DNA of 64,000 bases, taken from Acidobacteriota bacterium. Lineage in GTDB: Bacteria; Acidobacteriota; UBA6911. Below the pieces are notes generated by a model that was not told the DNA's origin, made no database searches, and saw nothing but the letters and a program-made list of their open reading frames with translations. Position 1 is the stretch's first letter. Each line of letters starts with the position of its first letter. The position numbers and the translations under genes are program-made. Below, piece by piece: positions 48,631-59,214 of the stretch. The stretch is taken from assembly GCA_963664705.1 (NCBI GenBank), contig OY761556.1:736001-800000 (forward strand). The letters are read 5' to 3'.

Positions 48631-49551
48631 CTATCGATATTTGATGACGGCAAGACTGAGATCATCTGTTTGTTCACCGGTGGCGTTGCGATCGTCAAGG
48701 ATAGCCTGGCATATTTCCCGGGCAGTCCCGTTTCGGGCCCGCGAAACCGCTCTCTCCATTTGCTGCTGCGAATAGGTAGAAAATGGATCCAGTAATCCAT
48801 CTGTGAAGAGGAGCAGCACGTCTCCCTCACCCAGAAGATTCAATTCGTTGACCGTGTAGTGCTTCATGTAGCCCAAGACCGGCTGATACATGCGGGCGTC
48901 CGCATTGTCTTCGTTCAGTTGTAATCCAAGTGGGGGATAGCTCACCATCCGGTCCGGGCTGATCTCCACGAACCGATCGAACTCTCTGGAGAAGACAAGC
49001 GGCAAGGGATGGCCCGCATTGACAAATCGGAACCCGCCTGATGAATCGATCTCTCCATAGATCATGGTGATAAAGCTGGCTGCTTCCGTTTCGCCGGAAA
49101 GCTTGTGGAGCGTCCTGGATCTGTAGAACCGCATGTTGATCTGCTCGAAAAGGCGCGTGGTGATCTCCCCGCACTGATCGAGTTCGTATAAGGCGCCGAG
49201 ATAAAAGGTCTGGTGAAGTATCAGTGCCGTGATCGCATCGGTAAACTCGTGGCCCGCCACGTCCGCAACCAGAATTCCCCCTTTTCTCTTCAGGCTGTAG
49301 AGTCGCTGGGCGATCCCCTCCTGCCCTTGTGATAGGGCTCGGGCAATCCTGGCATCCAAATGGTACCGCTCCGGAAAATTTACATACGAAATCAGGTCGC
49401 CGCCTGCCACGCCATTCAGTGGAATCGATGTGCCGTAAATATCCACGTTGTCGATTCGGGGAATGGCCCCCGCTTCCGGAATGAGGCTCCCAGCAAGGTT
49501 GTCGGCTCCGCTTCGCAGTTCCTTGTCGAGTTTTGCTCTAGACTGCTTCAT
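48631..49551 (-). CDS. Stand-alone PP2C/SpoIIE-type Ser/Thr phosphatase
   Basis: AGGD, VADVAGH, NAGHP, FTDG and DDLS motifs. Confidence 0.88.
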   Translation of the reverse strand: MKQSRAKLDKELRSGADNLAGSLIPEAGAIPRIDNVDIYGTSIPLNGVAGGDLISYVNFPERYHLDARIARALSQGQEGIAQRLYSLKRKGGILVADVAGHEFTDAITALILHQTFYLGALYELDQCGEITTRLFEQINMRFYRSRTLHKLSGETEAASFITMIYGEIDSSGGFRFVNAGHPLPLVFSREFDRFVEISPDRMVSYPPLGLQLNEDNADARMYQPVLGYMKHYTVNELNLLGEGDVLLLFTDGLLDPFSTYSQQQMERAVSRARNGTAREICQAILDDRNATGEQTDDLSLAVIKYR

Positions 49552-49691
49552 CCTTGCTCCCGGTAAAAATCGCTATCGAGTATATCCTTTGTGAGAAAAA
49601 GCATGCCACGGAAAAACACCCATTCTATCCGTATTATTGGGGGTAAAAGCTTAAAAAATTGCCATAATCCCGCAAATATCCCATAAACAGA

Positions 49692-50930
49692 TCAGACTTG
49701 ACCGAGAAGGAATCGCCGCAGCCATGAAAGGGCGAGATAGGTTGAACGTTCCCGGATTGATTCCCGGTCGCCGGGCATGATTCGATGACGGCTCAGCGTT
49801 CGGTTACCATCGGACATGCCGATATGCACAAGTCCGACAGGTTTTTCCGCGGAGCCTCCTCCGGGGCCCGCTATCCCCGTAATGGATAGGCCGATGGAGC
49901 TATGCAATGCCTCGCGCACACCCAGTGCCAGAGCCTCTGCCACCTCCGCGCTGACCGCACCATATTGTTGGATCAGGGCGGGATCAACACCGCAGAGCTC
50001 TATTTTGGCTTCATTGCTATAGCAGAGGATGCCCCCCCGAAAGTATTCCGAGCTTCCCGGAACTCGTGTGATGTGCATTCCCAGCATGCCGGAGGTACAG
50101 GATTCCGCAACAGCAAGAGTTTTTCCCTCCTGCAGAAGAAGTCCCCCGACTACCTGTTCCATCATTTCATCTTTGGTTGTGAAGATCGCGTCCCCAAGCT
50201 TTGCCTGAATTTTGGAGGCTGCCTCATCAAGGTCGGAGGCAGCGTTGTTTGAGGTAACCCATTGATACAGGCGAACGGAGATGTGCCGGGTTCCTGCCAG
50301 CACCGTAGTCTGTATTTCGGGATAGGCTGTGTATATCGGAGCTATTTGCGAATCAAGTTCCGATTCCGTAATACCGGTGATATGAAAGGATCGGCAAGCC
50401 AGACGCGTTTCAGCTCCCAAGGCCCTGATTCTTGGCAGCATGGATTCAAACATAGGCTTGAGTTCTCTGGGCGGGCCCGGTAGAAGTGCGATATGCCGGC
50501 CTTTTTCCTCGATCCACATGCCGGGTGCTGTCCCCAACGGGTTATCGATTATTTCGGCTCCCTGGATAACTTCCGCCTGCTTCTCGTTTATTTTGGCCAT
50601 TTGAAAACCGCGCGCCGCAAATCGCTGTTTCAATATTTCCAGAATGGATTTGTCCATATGAAGCGGCCGATCGAGCACTGCGGCTACCGCATCGCGAGTG
50701 AGATCATCTTCAGTCGGGCCGAGTCCTCCGCTGAAAATAATGATGTCGGAGCGAAGCAGCGCAGCGCGCAGCACGGCCCCTATGTCATTCCGATCGTCTC
50801 CAACGACTGTTTTCAGATGGACGCGGCATCCGGATTCGTTCAGGTGCTGAGTCAGGAAAAGCGAATTGGTGTCCAGGCTATCGGGAGTCAATAGTTCTGA
50901 ACCGACTGCTATAATTTCCGCCTTGATCAT
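49692..50930 (-). CDS. cinA: Competence/damage-inducible protein CinA (with PncC domain)
   Basis: VGSELL, DTNS, GGLGPTEDDLTR, LPGPP.E, AESCTSG and ITGIAGPGG motifs. Confidence 0.95.
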   Translation of the reverse strand: MIKAEIIAVGSELLTPDSLDTNSLFLTQHLNESGCRVHLKTVVGDDRNDIGAVLRAALLRSDIIIFSGGLGPTEDDLTRDAVAAVLDRPLHMDKSILEILKQRFAARGFQMAKINEKQAEVIQGAEIIDNPLGTAPGMWIEEKGRHIALLPGPPRELKPMFESMLPRIRALGAETRLACRSFHITGITESELDSQIAPIYTAYPEIQTTVLAGTRHISVRLYQWVTSNNAASDLDEAASKIQAKLGDAIFTTKDEMMEQVVGGLLLQEGKTLAVAESCTSGMLGMHITRVPGSSEYFRGGILCYSNEAKIELCGVDPALIQQYGAVSAEVAEALALGVREALHSSIGLSITGIAGPGGGSAEKPVGLVHIGMSDGNRTLSRHRIMPGDRESIRERSTYLALSWLRRFLLGQV

Positions 50931-50946
50931 TTCATTGTGCCCGGGA

Positions 50947-51408
50947 TTAGAAGAACAGGTTCAACAGGTGAAGCAGGATATTTCCATAGACACCAGCCAG
51001 CAAATCGTCGGCCATTACGCCCACGCCGTTTTCGAAGGATTCCAATTTCCGGATGGGGTATGGCTTCCACATATCAAAGACCCGGAAAGCAACGAAGCCT
51101 GCAGCCAGGTTGAAGATGCTTATGGGAAGGAACAGAAACGTCAGCAATTGACCGGCCACCTCATCGATAATGATGTATGAAGGGTCTTCTTCGCCGGTGC
51201 GTCGGCTGATAGCCGCGGAAGCAAGGATGCCGGCGAGGGTGATCAGGCACAGGGCGCTTATGTGAAGCGCAGGAAGAATTCGGCCGCAGCAACGGTAAAC
51301 GGCAAAGTACAAAATGGTAGTGACAAACGAACCATAGGTTCCTGGCGCTCCGGGAATAAAACCGATGTAGAACAGGCTGGCATAGGCCAGGCACAAGCGA
51401 TCCTTCAT
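50947..51408 (-). CDS. pgpA: Phosphatidylglycerophosphatase A
   Basis: APGTYGS, DPSYIIIDEVAG, FRVFD..KP.PI and GVMADDLLAG motifs. Confidence 0.93.
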   Translation of the reverse strand: MKDRLCLAYASLFYIGFIPGAPGTYGSFVTTILYFAVYRCCGRILPALHISALCLITLAGILASAAISRRTGEEDPSYIIIDEVAGQLLTFLFLPISIFNLAAGFVAFRVFDMWKPYPIRKLESFENGVGVMADDLLAGVYGNILLHLLNLFF

Positions 51409-51596
51409 GCTTTCTCCGTAATGTCAGGGGATGAATCCCCGTCTTCGTCTTCATCTGGAGTATTGACCGGGATACGGTACGAGCCTGAAATCCAATTGTC
51501 CAGGTCCAGCAGCTTACAGCGCTGGCTGCAGAAAGGTCGGAATTTGTTTTCTTCAGTTGCCGTATCTTTGCCGCAGCGGGGACATTTGACGATCAT
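51405..51596 (-). CDS. yacG: DNA gyrase inhibitor YacG
   Basis: KCPRC..RPFCSQRCKLLDL..W...Y.IP. Confidence 0.92.
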   Translation of the reverse strand: MIVKCPRCGKDTATEENKFRPFCSQRCKLLDLDNWISGSYRIPVNTPDEDEDGDSSPDITEKA

Positions 51597-51633
51597 ACTT
51601 GTCTGCAATTTCCTATAAATCGGACTGTGCCGG

Positions 51634-52977
51634 TCAGCGGACAATGGTTCCCAGTAAATCGTGGCCCAGGGCGCGTGTGATTCGGATGATTCGAAATTCG
51701 CCGCTTTTCACTTCACCGATCTCGGAATCATTGATGAGACAAACGCCGTCAATTTCGGGCGCCTGTGATGCCATTCGGCCCTGCAACAGTAAATCGCTTT
51801 CTTCGGATGGACCCTCCACAAGGATGGGGAATTCCTTTCCAAGCAGACGCCGGTTTTGCCTGGATGCGATAGTTGCCTGCTGCTCCATCAAAATGCGCCG
51901 CCGACTTTCGGCGGTTCTGGCGGACACCTTTGGTTTCAGCCCGTGGGCTAGCGTATCTTCTTCGTCGGAATAGGTGAACACGCCCAGCCTTTCGAATTCC
52001 ATTTCCCTGCAGAAATTTTTCAATTCCAGGAAATCCTCTCTCGTTTCTCCAGGATACCCCACAATCATTGTCGTTCGAAAGGTAACACCGGGAATTCCGG
52101 CGCGGATGTGCTCGATGAGCCTGCTGAGACTTGCGCGATTTCCGCCGCGCCGCATGGACTTCAGTATGCTCGCACTTGCATGCTGCAGCGGCATATCAAT
52201 ATAACGGCAGATTTTTTCGCTCGCGTTGACGACTTGTATCAATTTGTCGCTGACAAGCTCCGGATAGACATAAAGGAAGCGGATCCACCGCAGTCCCTCG
52301 ACCTTATCGAGAGCTTCAAGCAGATTGGCCAGGCCGTCCTGCATCCCCACATCCGTGCCATAGCTGGTGGTGTCCTGCGAAATCAGGGTGATTTCCCTGG
52401 TTCCTTCGGAGGCAAGCCTCGAGGCTTCCTTTACAAGCGATGGGATTGTACGGCTGCGGAGGCGACCGCGTATTTTGGGGATGACGCAGAATGCGCAGGT
52501 GTGATCGCAACCCTCGGATATCTTCAGATAGGCGCTGTATTTCGGCCCAATCAACGTCCTTGGGGTTGTGTCGTCATAAAGGTAGAGATCCGCGTCGCTT
52601 CGGCCGTAGGAATCGGGCGGCGCAACCGGGTCGCCGGAAACGGCTTTGACGATTTCCTCGATCTGATTTGTGCCGAGGATTGCGTCCACCTCAACCAGAT
52701 CCGAGTGGATTTCCTTTGGATAACGCTCCGCAAGGCAGCCTGTAACAATCAGTTTTTTGCAGGAACCGGAGTTTTTGAGCTGCGCAGCGGAGAGGATCGT
52801 ATCAATGGATTCCTTTTTAGCGTCACCGATGAAGCTGCAGGTATTGACCACAATGACATCTGCATTGGCCGGATCGGTTTCGATAACATGTCCGTGTGCC
52901 TGCAACAGTCCGATCATCACTTCACTGTCGACGAGATTCTTAGCACAACCTAAACTGATAAAACCTATTTTTGCCAC
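51634..52977 (-). CDS. rimO: Ribosomal protein S12 methylthiotransferase
   Basis: SLGCAKNLVDSE, NTCSFI, KISEGCDHTCAFCVIP, APEIDG and TRAM domain. Confidence 0.95.
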   Translation of the reverse strand: MAKIGFISLGCAKNLVDSEVMIGLLQAHGHVIETDPANADVIVVNTCSFIGDAKKESIDTILSAAQLKNSGSCKKLIVTGCLAERYPKEIHSDLVEVDAILGTNQIEEIVKAVSGDPVAPPDSYGRSDADLYLYDDTTPRTLIGPKYSAYLKISEGCDHTCAFCVIPKIRGRLRSRTIPSLVKEASRLASEGTREITLISQDTTSYGTDVGMQDGLANLLEALDKVEGLRWIRFLYVYPELVSDKLIQVVNASEKICRYIDMPLQHASASILKSMRRGGNRASLSRLIEHIRAGIPGVTFRTTMIVGYPGETREDFLELKNFCREMEFERLGVFTYSDEEDTLAHGLKPKVSARTAESRRRILMEQQATIASRQNRRLLGKEFPILVEGPSEESDLLLQGRMASQAPEIDGVCLINDSEIGEVKSGEFRIIRITRALGHDLLGTIVR

Positions 52978-53100
52978 CTGTCACTCCCGAGGAGCTTTCC
53001 ATAGTAAGCTTCCAGGATCATTGTATCAAGTCCATGACCTTGCATTGCTGCAATGGCTCGGAAACTGTCCGAAATACTGGAGTCACCTAAGCCTATATTC

Positions 53101-55269
53101 TCAATGCTTTCTCCGGAGTGCAACCCGAAGTTCGCGAAGAAGAATTTCCGCATCGGTCCGGTGGAAAGGAGCTTCGGGTGGACCGAAGCGAATGGAATTG
53201 TATATTTTTGTCAAATCGAGAAACGGTTTCCCGGCGGGGTGTTGCCCGATACTCCGAGCGAATTCCAGGGGGGTCTGGGTAGCGCCGCGTTGCATTCCTT
53301 CTGCTCCAAGAGCGGCCAGAGCCTCCATATAAAAACTTGCCGCGACTTTCCGGCTGTTCCTTCGATGAATGAGGCGTTGCAGCCAGCCCGATGCGCGTGC
53401 CCGTATTGTGGCGGTTATGATAACGACGATAATGGCCATCAAGGGGATCCAGAAAGCCCATTTTCGCAACAGCCAGAAAGCCACCTCCTTGACGCTCAAG
53501 TCCTGCCACCCCTTTTTAAGGCGTTCCTGCAGTGTGCTCCAGTGATCCATCACGCTTCGGGCGGCACTATCGGCCTTGGACCGCGCATTCACGAGCACAA
53601 CGGCCTGCTTCGAAAAGTCGTAATTTATCACGCTGTCCCACCACCAGAGATCGATGGCGTCGGACAGGTTGGCCAGAATGAGCGAAAGCCCGGATTTGCG
53701 CTGCCCGCTGTCCGGAGGCGTCGGATCAAATTCAATCCAGCCATAAGGCGGGAAATATGCCTCCACCCAGCTGTGGGCATTGTATTGCCGCACTGTCCAG
53801 CTGTTGCCCAGACGATTGTATTCTCCCATGCGGAATCCGTTGACGAGTCTGGCGGGGATTCCGAGTTGTCGAAGCATGATTGTCATGGCGGATGCGAAAT
53901 ACTCGCAATGGCCGCTCCGGATATCGAAGAGAAACGCGGCCAGCGGGTCCGGGCTGCTCGGCTTTCCACGCAGGACAAGGCTGTAGCCATAATGGGTCCG
54001 AAGATATTGCTCCATCGCCAGGGCTTTTGAGTATTTATCCTTAAAGCCCTTTGTGATCTGTTGGGCCAGGGCTTTGATCCGCGGATCTTCCGGTGGAGTC
54101 TGGGTATACACACGGATAATCTCGGGCGGAATCGGCCGAAGGTCGGAGATATTTGCGGGGTCCGGCTGGACGGGATCGGAAACAACGGAATATCTCAGCT
54201 TCTTGTTCAAGGACCGCGGCGCATACAGATTTTCCGAGCCATCGCGCAGAAGCAGACCAACGTCGACAGAGACCGCAAGCGCCTTGGGCGTCGCAAAGAT
54301 CACATCAGTGGACAGAGCTTCCAGGAAAAAGGTTTGATGAATCCAGTCCGTTCCCTGCGTGGAATTTTCCAGCTTGTAATGCCTTCCCTGAATCGGTATT
54401 GAGCCGCGGATCTGATTGGTCCGTTGCCACGCCCGCCCGTCATAGTAGTCAAAGGCGAGGCCCCGCCACTTCAATTCTGCGTGCAGTTCCGAGGGATCAC
54501 GATCCAGCTTTACGCGCATGACGACAGCATCGGATTGCTTGATATTTCCTATCTGGCCCAGTTCGACTCTTTCTGAAAATCCGGTTGTGAACTGCATGTT
54601 GCCGGATGGCCTGCCGTACATCCCGTAGGTGATTCTTGGCAGAATGAAGAAGATCGGGATCGATACGATGATAACCAAAAGTGCTATCCCCACCACCATC
54701 ATTGCCAGGAGACCGGCGGGGAAGGCGGAGAACAATTCCATTCCTGTACCCTGAAACTGCCTCGGGACGAAAAGTGGTTGGACCGGGATCTCCTTTTGAA
54801 CGCGAGCGTTTGTTCGCCGCATTTCAAAAAGAACCAGGGTGCTGATTCCACAAAAAAGGAAAACCAGGAAGCAGACGGCAAAGACAATATTGACCGTCAG
54901 GGTGGATGCGGCGAGAAGCTCGGTCAGGCTGATCAGGTATAACAGGATGTAATCGCGATCCTTCGAAAGGGTTAATAGCTTAATGGCCGCGGTAAAGAGA
55001 AGCAGATGAAAGACCGAGAGAATGAGGGAGCGCGATAGAAAAAGATAGTCAAGGGCAAAGAAGGGAAGATATGTCAGGGCGAGGCAGTTCAGTATCCATA
55101 TGGGGATCCGGTTGCGCAAGGCGCCAGTGTCGAGAAACCAACTGGAGATGAAGGTAACGACAAAAAACAGGGCAGACGGCCAGTCGACCGCCCCAGTCGC
55201 CCAGATAGCTATGAATCCGGAGGCGAAAAGGCAATAGGAAGACAGTTTGAATGACCGCGCAAATGTCAT
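53101..55269 (-). CDS. Membrane transglutaminase-like protein (TgpA/DUF3488 type)
   Basis: N-terminal TM helices, WRG..FDYYDG, and triad motifs GHCEYFASA, HSWVE, FDPTP. Confidence 0.9.
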   Translation of the reverse strand: MTFARSFKLSSYCLFASGFIAIWATGAVDWPSALFFVVTFISSWFLDTGALRNRIPIWILNCLALTYLPFFALDYLFLSRSLILSVFHLLLFTAAIKLLTLSKDRDYILLYLISLTELLAASTLTVNIVFAVCFLVFLFCGISTLVLFEMRRTNARVQKEIPVQPLFVPRQFQGTGMELFSAFPAGLLAMMVVGIALLVIIVSIPIFFILPRITYGMYGRPSGNMQFTTGFSERVELGQIGNIKQSDAVVMRVKLDRDPSELHAELKWRGLAFDYYDGRAWQRTNQIRGSIPIQGRHYKLENSTQGTDWIHQTFFLEALSTDVIFATPKALAVSVDVGLLLRDGSENLYAPRSLNKKLRYSVVSDPVQPDPANISDLRPIPPEIIRVYTQTPPEDPRIKALAQQITKGFKDKYSKALAMEQYLRTHYGYSLVLRGKPSSPDPLAAFLFDIRSGHCEYFASAMTIMLRQLGIPARLVNGFRMGEYNRLGNSWTVRQYNAHSWVEAYFPPYGWIEFDPTPPDSGQRKSGLSLILANLSDAIDLWWWDSVINYDFSKQAVVLVNARSKADSAARSVMDHWSTLQERLKKGWQDLSVKEVAFWLLRKWAFWIPLMAIIVVIITATIRARASGWLQRLIHRRNSRKVAASFYMEALAALGAEGMQRGATQTPLEFARSIGQHPAGKPFLDLTKIYNSIRFGPPEAPFHRTDAEILLRELRVALRRKH

Positions 55270-56525
55270 AGTTCGTCGAAAAAAACCACATGCGAGGATC
55301 GCCAGACCGCTGACGGGAAGCTGCCTCGTGGTTGCGATGTAATAACAATCTTGAAAACCTTATCGGAGAGGATCTCCTGCAACGGTGCATTATTTGCGGA
55401 AACGGGAAAGCCGGATAAATCCCAGAGCCGGGATCTTTCCATGGACTTTACCTCGTACCCTACAACTGCAAGCGATCGAAGAATTCGATACAGGTGATCG
55501 ATCCCGGTTCCGCGAGGGACATATTCGTCGGGAGTAAGAAATTCGATTCCCGCCCCCTGTTCAAGAAAATAGGCGGCAATACTTGCCGCGAGAGATACGG
55601 CTTTTTCAAATCTTTCCCGCAATTGTGGATGCGATTCTTCGCTGACGCGCGTGTCCAGGATCAGACAAAACTTGCTGTCCTCATCCCGGGCATGCTCGCG
55701 GGCCATCAATGTGCCTGTCTTGGCAGTAGCCTTCCAATCGATTAGTCGTGCGCTTTCAGAGTCCTCATATTTGCGAATTGAAAAAAGGTTTTCACCCGGC
55801 CCTACATGAAGCCCTTCGAGTGTTCCGGGAAGAAAAGGGAGAAGATGAAAAAATGAAGAAATCTGCCGGATTAGCGGATAGACGAGCACCTCTCCGTTGG
55901 CTCCGATGCGTTCGCCTCGGCGGAAGAAGCCAAAGGGGAACCGCGTGGAAATCCAGAATCCGTCCAGGCTGTATACGCCGCGGTTGGGAAAGGATTGCAC
56001 TGTCAATTCAGAGCGAGTTTCCCCGGCGCGAAGGACGGGAAAATAGGCTGCCTGGCGCAGCATCGAGCGGTTGTCCTCGCGGTGTTCGATTGCGTTAATC
56101 CTGCGCGGCAGGAGCTTTCGGATACGCGAAACCAAAGACCGGCTTCTGCTCATTTCCGGGTCTTCCACACGAATGGAGAACGACGGGAATACGCGCTTCA
56201 GATTTCTGACCGAAACTTTGATGGAAACGCGCTCGCCGGCAAATACGTTTTCCGGGAGCTGCAGGGACAATGCGACCTGCTTCAGAGAGTTCCTCGAAAC
56301 GATGCCTGAAACGGCAATCATGGACAGCAGGGCAGACAGGATAATGAAAAGCAGGTTATTGCCGGTATTGATGGCGGCAAGGGAAAGAATGGATACGCAG
56401 GCCAGGTAGATAAGCCCTTCGCGTGTAATTCGAACGGAAAAAGGGAGCGCACGTCTGGCAGGGCGCGGATTGCCGATGCCCTGATTGGAATTAGAGCGGG
56501 ATTTCGACGCTCTGAAGTATTTCAC
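55266..56525 (-). CDS. DUF58 protein (MoxR-associated)
   Basis: AINTGNNLL, TRFPFGFF, IRKY..D..R.IDWKATA and FEKAVSLAAS motifs. Start uncertain. Confidence 0.88.
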   Translation of the reverse strand: MKYFRASKSRSNSNQGIGNPRPARRALPFSVRITREGLIYLACVSILSLAAINTGNNLLFIILSALLSMIAVSGIVSRNSLKQVALSLQLPENVFAGERVSIKVSVRNLKRVFPSFSIRVEDPEMSRSRSLVSRIRKLLPRRINAIEHREDNRSMLRQAAYFPVLRAGETRSELTVQSFPNRGVYSLDGFWISTRFPFGFFRRGERIGANGEVLVYPLIRQISSFFHLLPFLPGTLEGLHVGPGENLFSIRKYEDSESARLIDWKATAKTGTLMAREHARDEDSKFCLILDTRVSEESHPQLRERFEKAVSLAASIAAYFLEQGAGIEFLTPDEYVPRGTGIDHLYRILRSLAVVGYEVKSMERSRLWDLSGFPVSANNAPLQEILSDKVFKIVITSQPRGSFPSAVWRSSHVVFFDEL

Positions 56526-57444
56526 TGAGAATCGCCTCTGCCTCTTCGCTCCGCTTGTACGGCGAAGAGTATTTGGAACTAACCACCACCCTGTGGGCCA
56601 GAACCGGCAGTACGAGCTGCTTGACATCGTCGGGTATACAGTAGCCGCGACCCTCGAAATATGCCATTGCCTGCGCTGCACGCCGCAAAGCCAGGGATCC
56701 GCGGGGGCTGACTCCAATCAGCAGGAATTCCGAGCGCCGGGTGGCTTCAACAATGGTCATGATGTAGTCGAGCAGTGATTCCTCCACGCGAACCTCGCTT
56801 ACGAGCGCCTGTGCCTGCACAATGTCCTCGGCGCGCATCAGCGGCTGGATACTCTCCACATCAGGGATGCTGTGTTGACGTCGTAAAATATCCTTTTCCG
56901 CCTCGGCATCCGGATATCCCATCTTGATTCGAAGGAGGAATCGGTCCAACTGCGATTCGGGGAGCGGATAGGTTCCGTGATGCTCCACCGGGTTTTGCGT
57001 GGCGACGACCATAAACGGTCGCGGGAGTGAGTGGGTATGGCTGTCAACGCTGACGCTTCCTTCGCTCATAGCCTCCAGGAGTGCGCTTTGTGTTTTGGGT
57101 GTCGTACGGTTGATTTCATCCGCGAGCACGATATTGGCGAATATGGGGCCTCGTCGAAAATCGAATGCCTGGCTGGTCTGACTGAAAATCGAGACTCCCA
57201 AAATATCCGAAGGCAGCAGGTCGCTGGTGAACTGGATTCTGCGGAATGTGCAGTCAAAAACTCGGGCGAGAGAGTGGGCCAGCGTCGTTTTTCCGACACC
57301 CGGGACGTCTTCGATGAGCAGGTGGCCTTCAGCCAGCAGGCAGATGAGTGCCAGCTTGATCGCTTCCGGCTTGCCCCGGACCACCGTTGCTATGGCTTTC
57401 TGCAATTGAAGAGTTCTGGGCTCCAGGTCTACGGTCTTGGTCAT
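56491..57444 (-). CDS. moxR: MoxR family AAA+ ATPase
   Basis: LIEDVPGVGKTT, RIQFTSDLLPSD, DEINR, ATQNP and YPLPESQLDRF motifs. Confidence 0.94.
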   Translation of the reverse strand: MTKTVDLEPRTLQLQKAIATVVRGKPEAIKLALICLLAEGHLLIEDVPGVGKTTLAHSLARVFDCTFRRIQFTSDLLPSDILGVSIFSQTSQAFDFRRGPIFANIVLADEINRTTPKTQSALLEAMSEGSVSVDSHTHSLPRPFMVVATQNPVEHHGTYPLPESQLDRFLLRIKMGYPDAEAEKDILRRQHSIPDVESIQPLMRAEDIVQAQALVSEVRVEESLLDYIMTIVEATRRSEFLLIGVSPRGSLALRRAAQAMAYFEGRGYCIPDDVKQLVLPVLAHRVVVSSKYSSPYKRSEEAEAILSEILQSVEIPL

Positions 57445-57477
57445 GTCGGTTCTCGCAGACACAAGTATACTGAAAGG

Positions 57478-57507
57478 AGACAGAAGTCAGAAGACAGAAG
57501 TCAGCAG
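57478..57507. repeat. Heptamer tandem repeat
   Basis: cagaagt cagaaga cagaagt cagcag. Confidence 0.65.
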
Positions 57508-57512
57508 GCCGA

Positions 57513-58562
57513 TTAGAAGAGGTTTTTTTGATTGCCTGTGATTTTGATGCCGAAGTGTTCGAAGGACTTTTTTGTCGCCATTCTTCCGCGTGGGGTCCTG
57601 TCGAGGAAGCCTATCTGGATCAAATATGGTTCGTAGATATCCTCGATGGCATCTTCGTCTTCGCTGATGGCGGCAGCAAGCGAACTTACCCCTACCGGGC
57701 CGCCGTTATATTTCTCAATGATGGTAAGCATCAGCTTGCGGTCGATTTCATCAAATCCATAAGTGTCGACATCCATCATGGCGAGCGCGCTCATGGCGAG
57801 AGCCTTGGTAATTTTTCCATCGCCCTTCACTTCAGCATAGTCGCGCACGCGCCGGAGAAGGCGGTTGGCGATGCGCGGTGTCCCGCGACTGCGTGAGGCG
57901 ATTTCCAGGGCGCCTTCGTCATCGATCTCGACTCCCAGCGTTTGTGCGGATTGAAGCACGATCACGCGCAGGTCGGGACTGCTATAAAACTCCAGCCGAT
58001 GAATGATGCCGAACCTTCCGCGCAAGGGGGCTGTCAGGAGGCCGGCGCGGGTCGTGGCTCCCACGAGGGTAAACCGGGGCAGTGGCATTTTGATGCTTCT
58101 GGCTCCAGGCCCTTCTCCGATCACAATGTCGATATAGAAGTCCTCCATTGCGGGATAAAGAATTTCCTCAATGGCCGGGTGCAATCTGTGTATCTCGTCA
58201 ATGAAGAGAACATCGTTTGGCTTGAGGTTTGTCAGTATTGCCGCCAGATCGCCTCGTTTTTCGATGACGGGCCCGCTGGTGGTCCGGACGCTTACCTTCA
58301 TTTCGTTGGCGATGATGGTGGCCAGCGTGGTTTTTCCCAACCCGGGAGGTCCGTATAGAAGCACATGATCCAGAGCCTCCGATCTCTTCAGAGCCGCCTG
58401 GATGCTGATTTCAATGTTGTCTTTGACCTTTTGCTGGCCAATGTACTGGCGCAGGGTTTGCGGGCGCAGACTCTGTTCGTAGGATTTCTCGTTGGAGTCA
58501 AACGATGGGCTCAGAAGAGTGTGGGGTAATTCTTTTGTCACGATATCTCCAGGCCGTGTCAA
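57513..58562 (-). CDS. ruvB: Holliday junction branch migration helicase
   Basis: [42 protein letters not shown] and RTPRGR motifs. Confidence 0.97.
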   Translation of the reverse strand: MTRPGDIVTKELPHTLLSPSFDSNEKSYEQSLRPQTLRQYIGQQKVKDNIEISIQAALKRSEALDHVLLYGPPGLGKTTLATIIANEMKVSVRTTSGPVIEKRGDLAAILTNLKPNDVLFIDEIHRLHPAIEEILYPAMEDFYIDIVIGEGPGARSIKMPLPRFTLVGATTRAGLLTAPLRGRFGIIHRLEFYSSPDLRVIVLQSAQTLGVEIDDEGALEIASRSRGTPRIANRLLRRVRDYAEVKGDGKITKALAMSALAMMDVDTYGFDEIDRKLMLTIIEKYNGGPVGVSSLAAAISEDEDAIEDIYEPYLIQIGFLDRTPRGRMATKKSFEHFGIKITGNQKNLF

Positions 58563-59164
58563 CCGGCGAGTCGTCGCAATGTGTTCCGCAGGACTTCCTC
58601 AAACGTGCGTTCGCATTCCGCCGAACGCAATACAACCGCAAGCGCTTTCTCCGCGGAAGGACGAGGGTATCCCAAATTGACGAGGGCTGAAAGGATATCT
58701 TCCTCGAGGGGGGATGGCGCACCGCTCTGTCTGGAGGCTTCCACCTGTTCGGGCAAAAGAAAAGGCGTCATATGGGCCTTCAGCTCAAGCACCAGCCGTT
58801 CTGCCGTTTTTCGACCAACACCCGGGATGGCGGTGAGGCGGGTTAGATTGCCTTCGGCTATCGCTTGGGCAAGTTCTTCGACCTGGGCTCCGGACAGTAT
58901 GGTAATGGCCAGCTTGGGGCCAACGCCGCTGATCGAGAGCAGCCGCAGGAAGAGATCTTTCTCTCTCTGGGTATGAAAGCCGAAGAGTGTCAGCGCGTCC
59001 TCGCGGACATGCGTATGGATTTTGAGCGAGACTTCATTTCCTTCGGCCGGGAGTTCATAAAAGCTTGTCAGCGGGATAAACACCTCATAACCGATCCCAT
59101 GAACATCCACCAGGAGTGCATTGGGTTTCTTCTGTAACAGCTGTCCCCGTAAATATCCGATCAT
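58559..59164 (-). CDS. ruvA: Holliday junction binding protein
   Basis: [37 protein letters not shown] and ALVNLGY motifs. Confidence 0.96.
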   Translation of the reverse strand: MIGYLRGQLLQKKPNALLVDVHGIGYEVFIPLTSFYELPAEGNEVSLKIHTHVREDALTLFGFHTQREKDLFLRLLSISGVGPKLAITILSGAQVEELAQAIAEGNLTRLTAIPGVGRKTAERLVLELKAHMTPFLLPEQVEASRQSGAPSPLEEDILSALVNLGYPRPSAEKALAVVLRSAECERTFEEVLRNTLRRLAG

Positions 59165-59214
59165 AGTTCCTTATTGGAGGATCTTGAATTGAAAGCGAAA
59201 TCTGCAAACCGCAA

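Noticed and set aside
49596-49610. Sigma54-like TGGCATG upstream of the PP2C gene (and TGGCAA upstream of the AOR operon)
   Set aside because: The -12 TTGC element is absent at the required spacing
52965-53153. 62-aa ORF bridging the transglutaminase gene and rimO
   Set aside because: It overlaps both neighbours and has no motif or RBS
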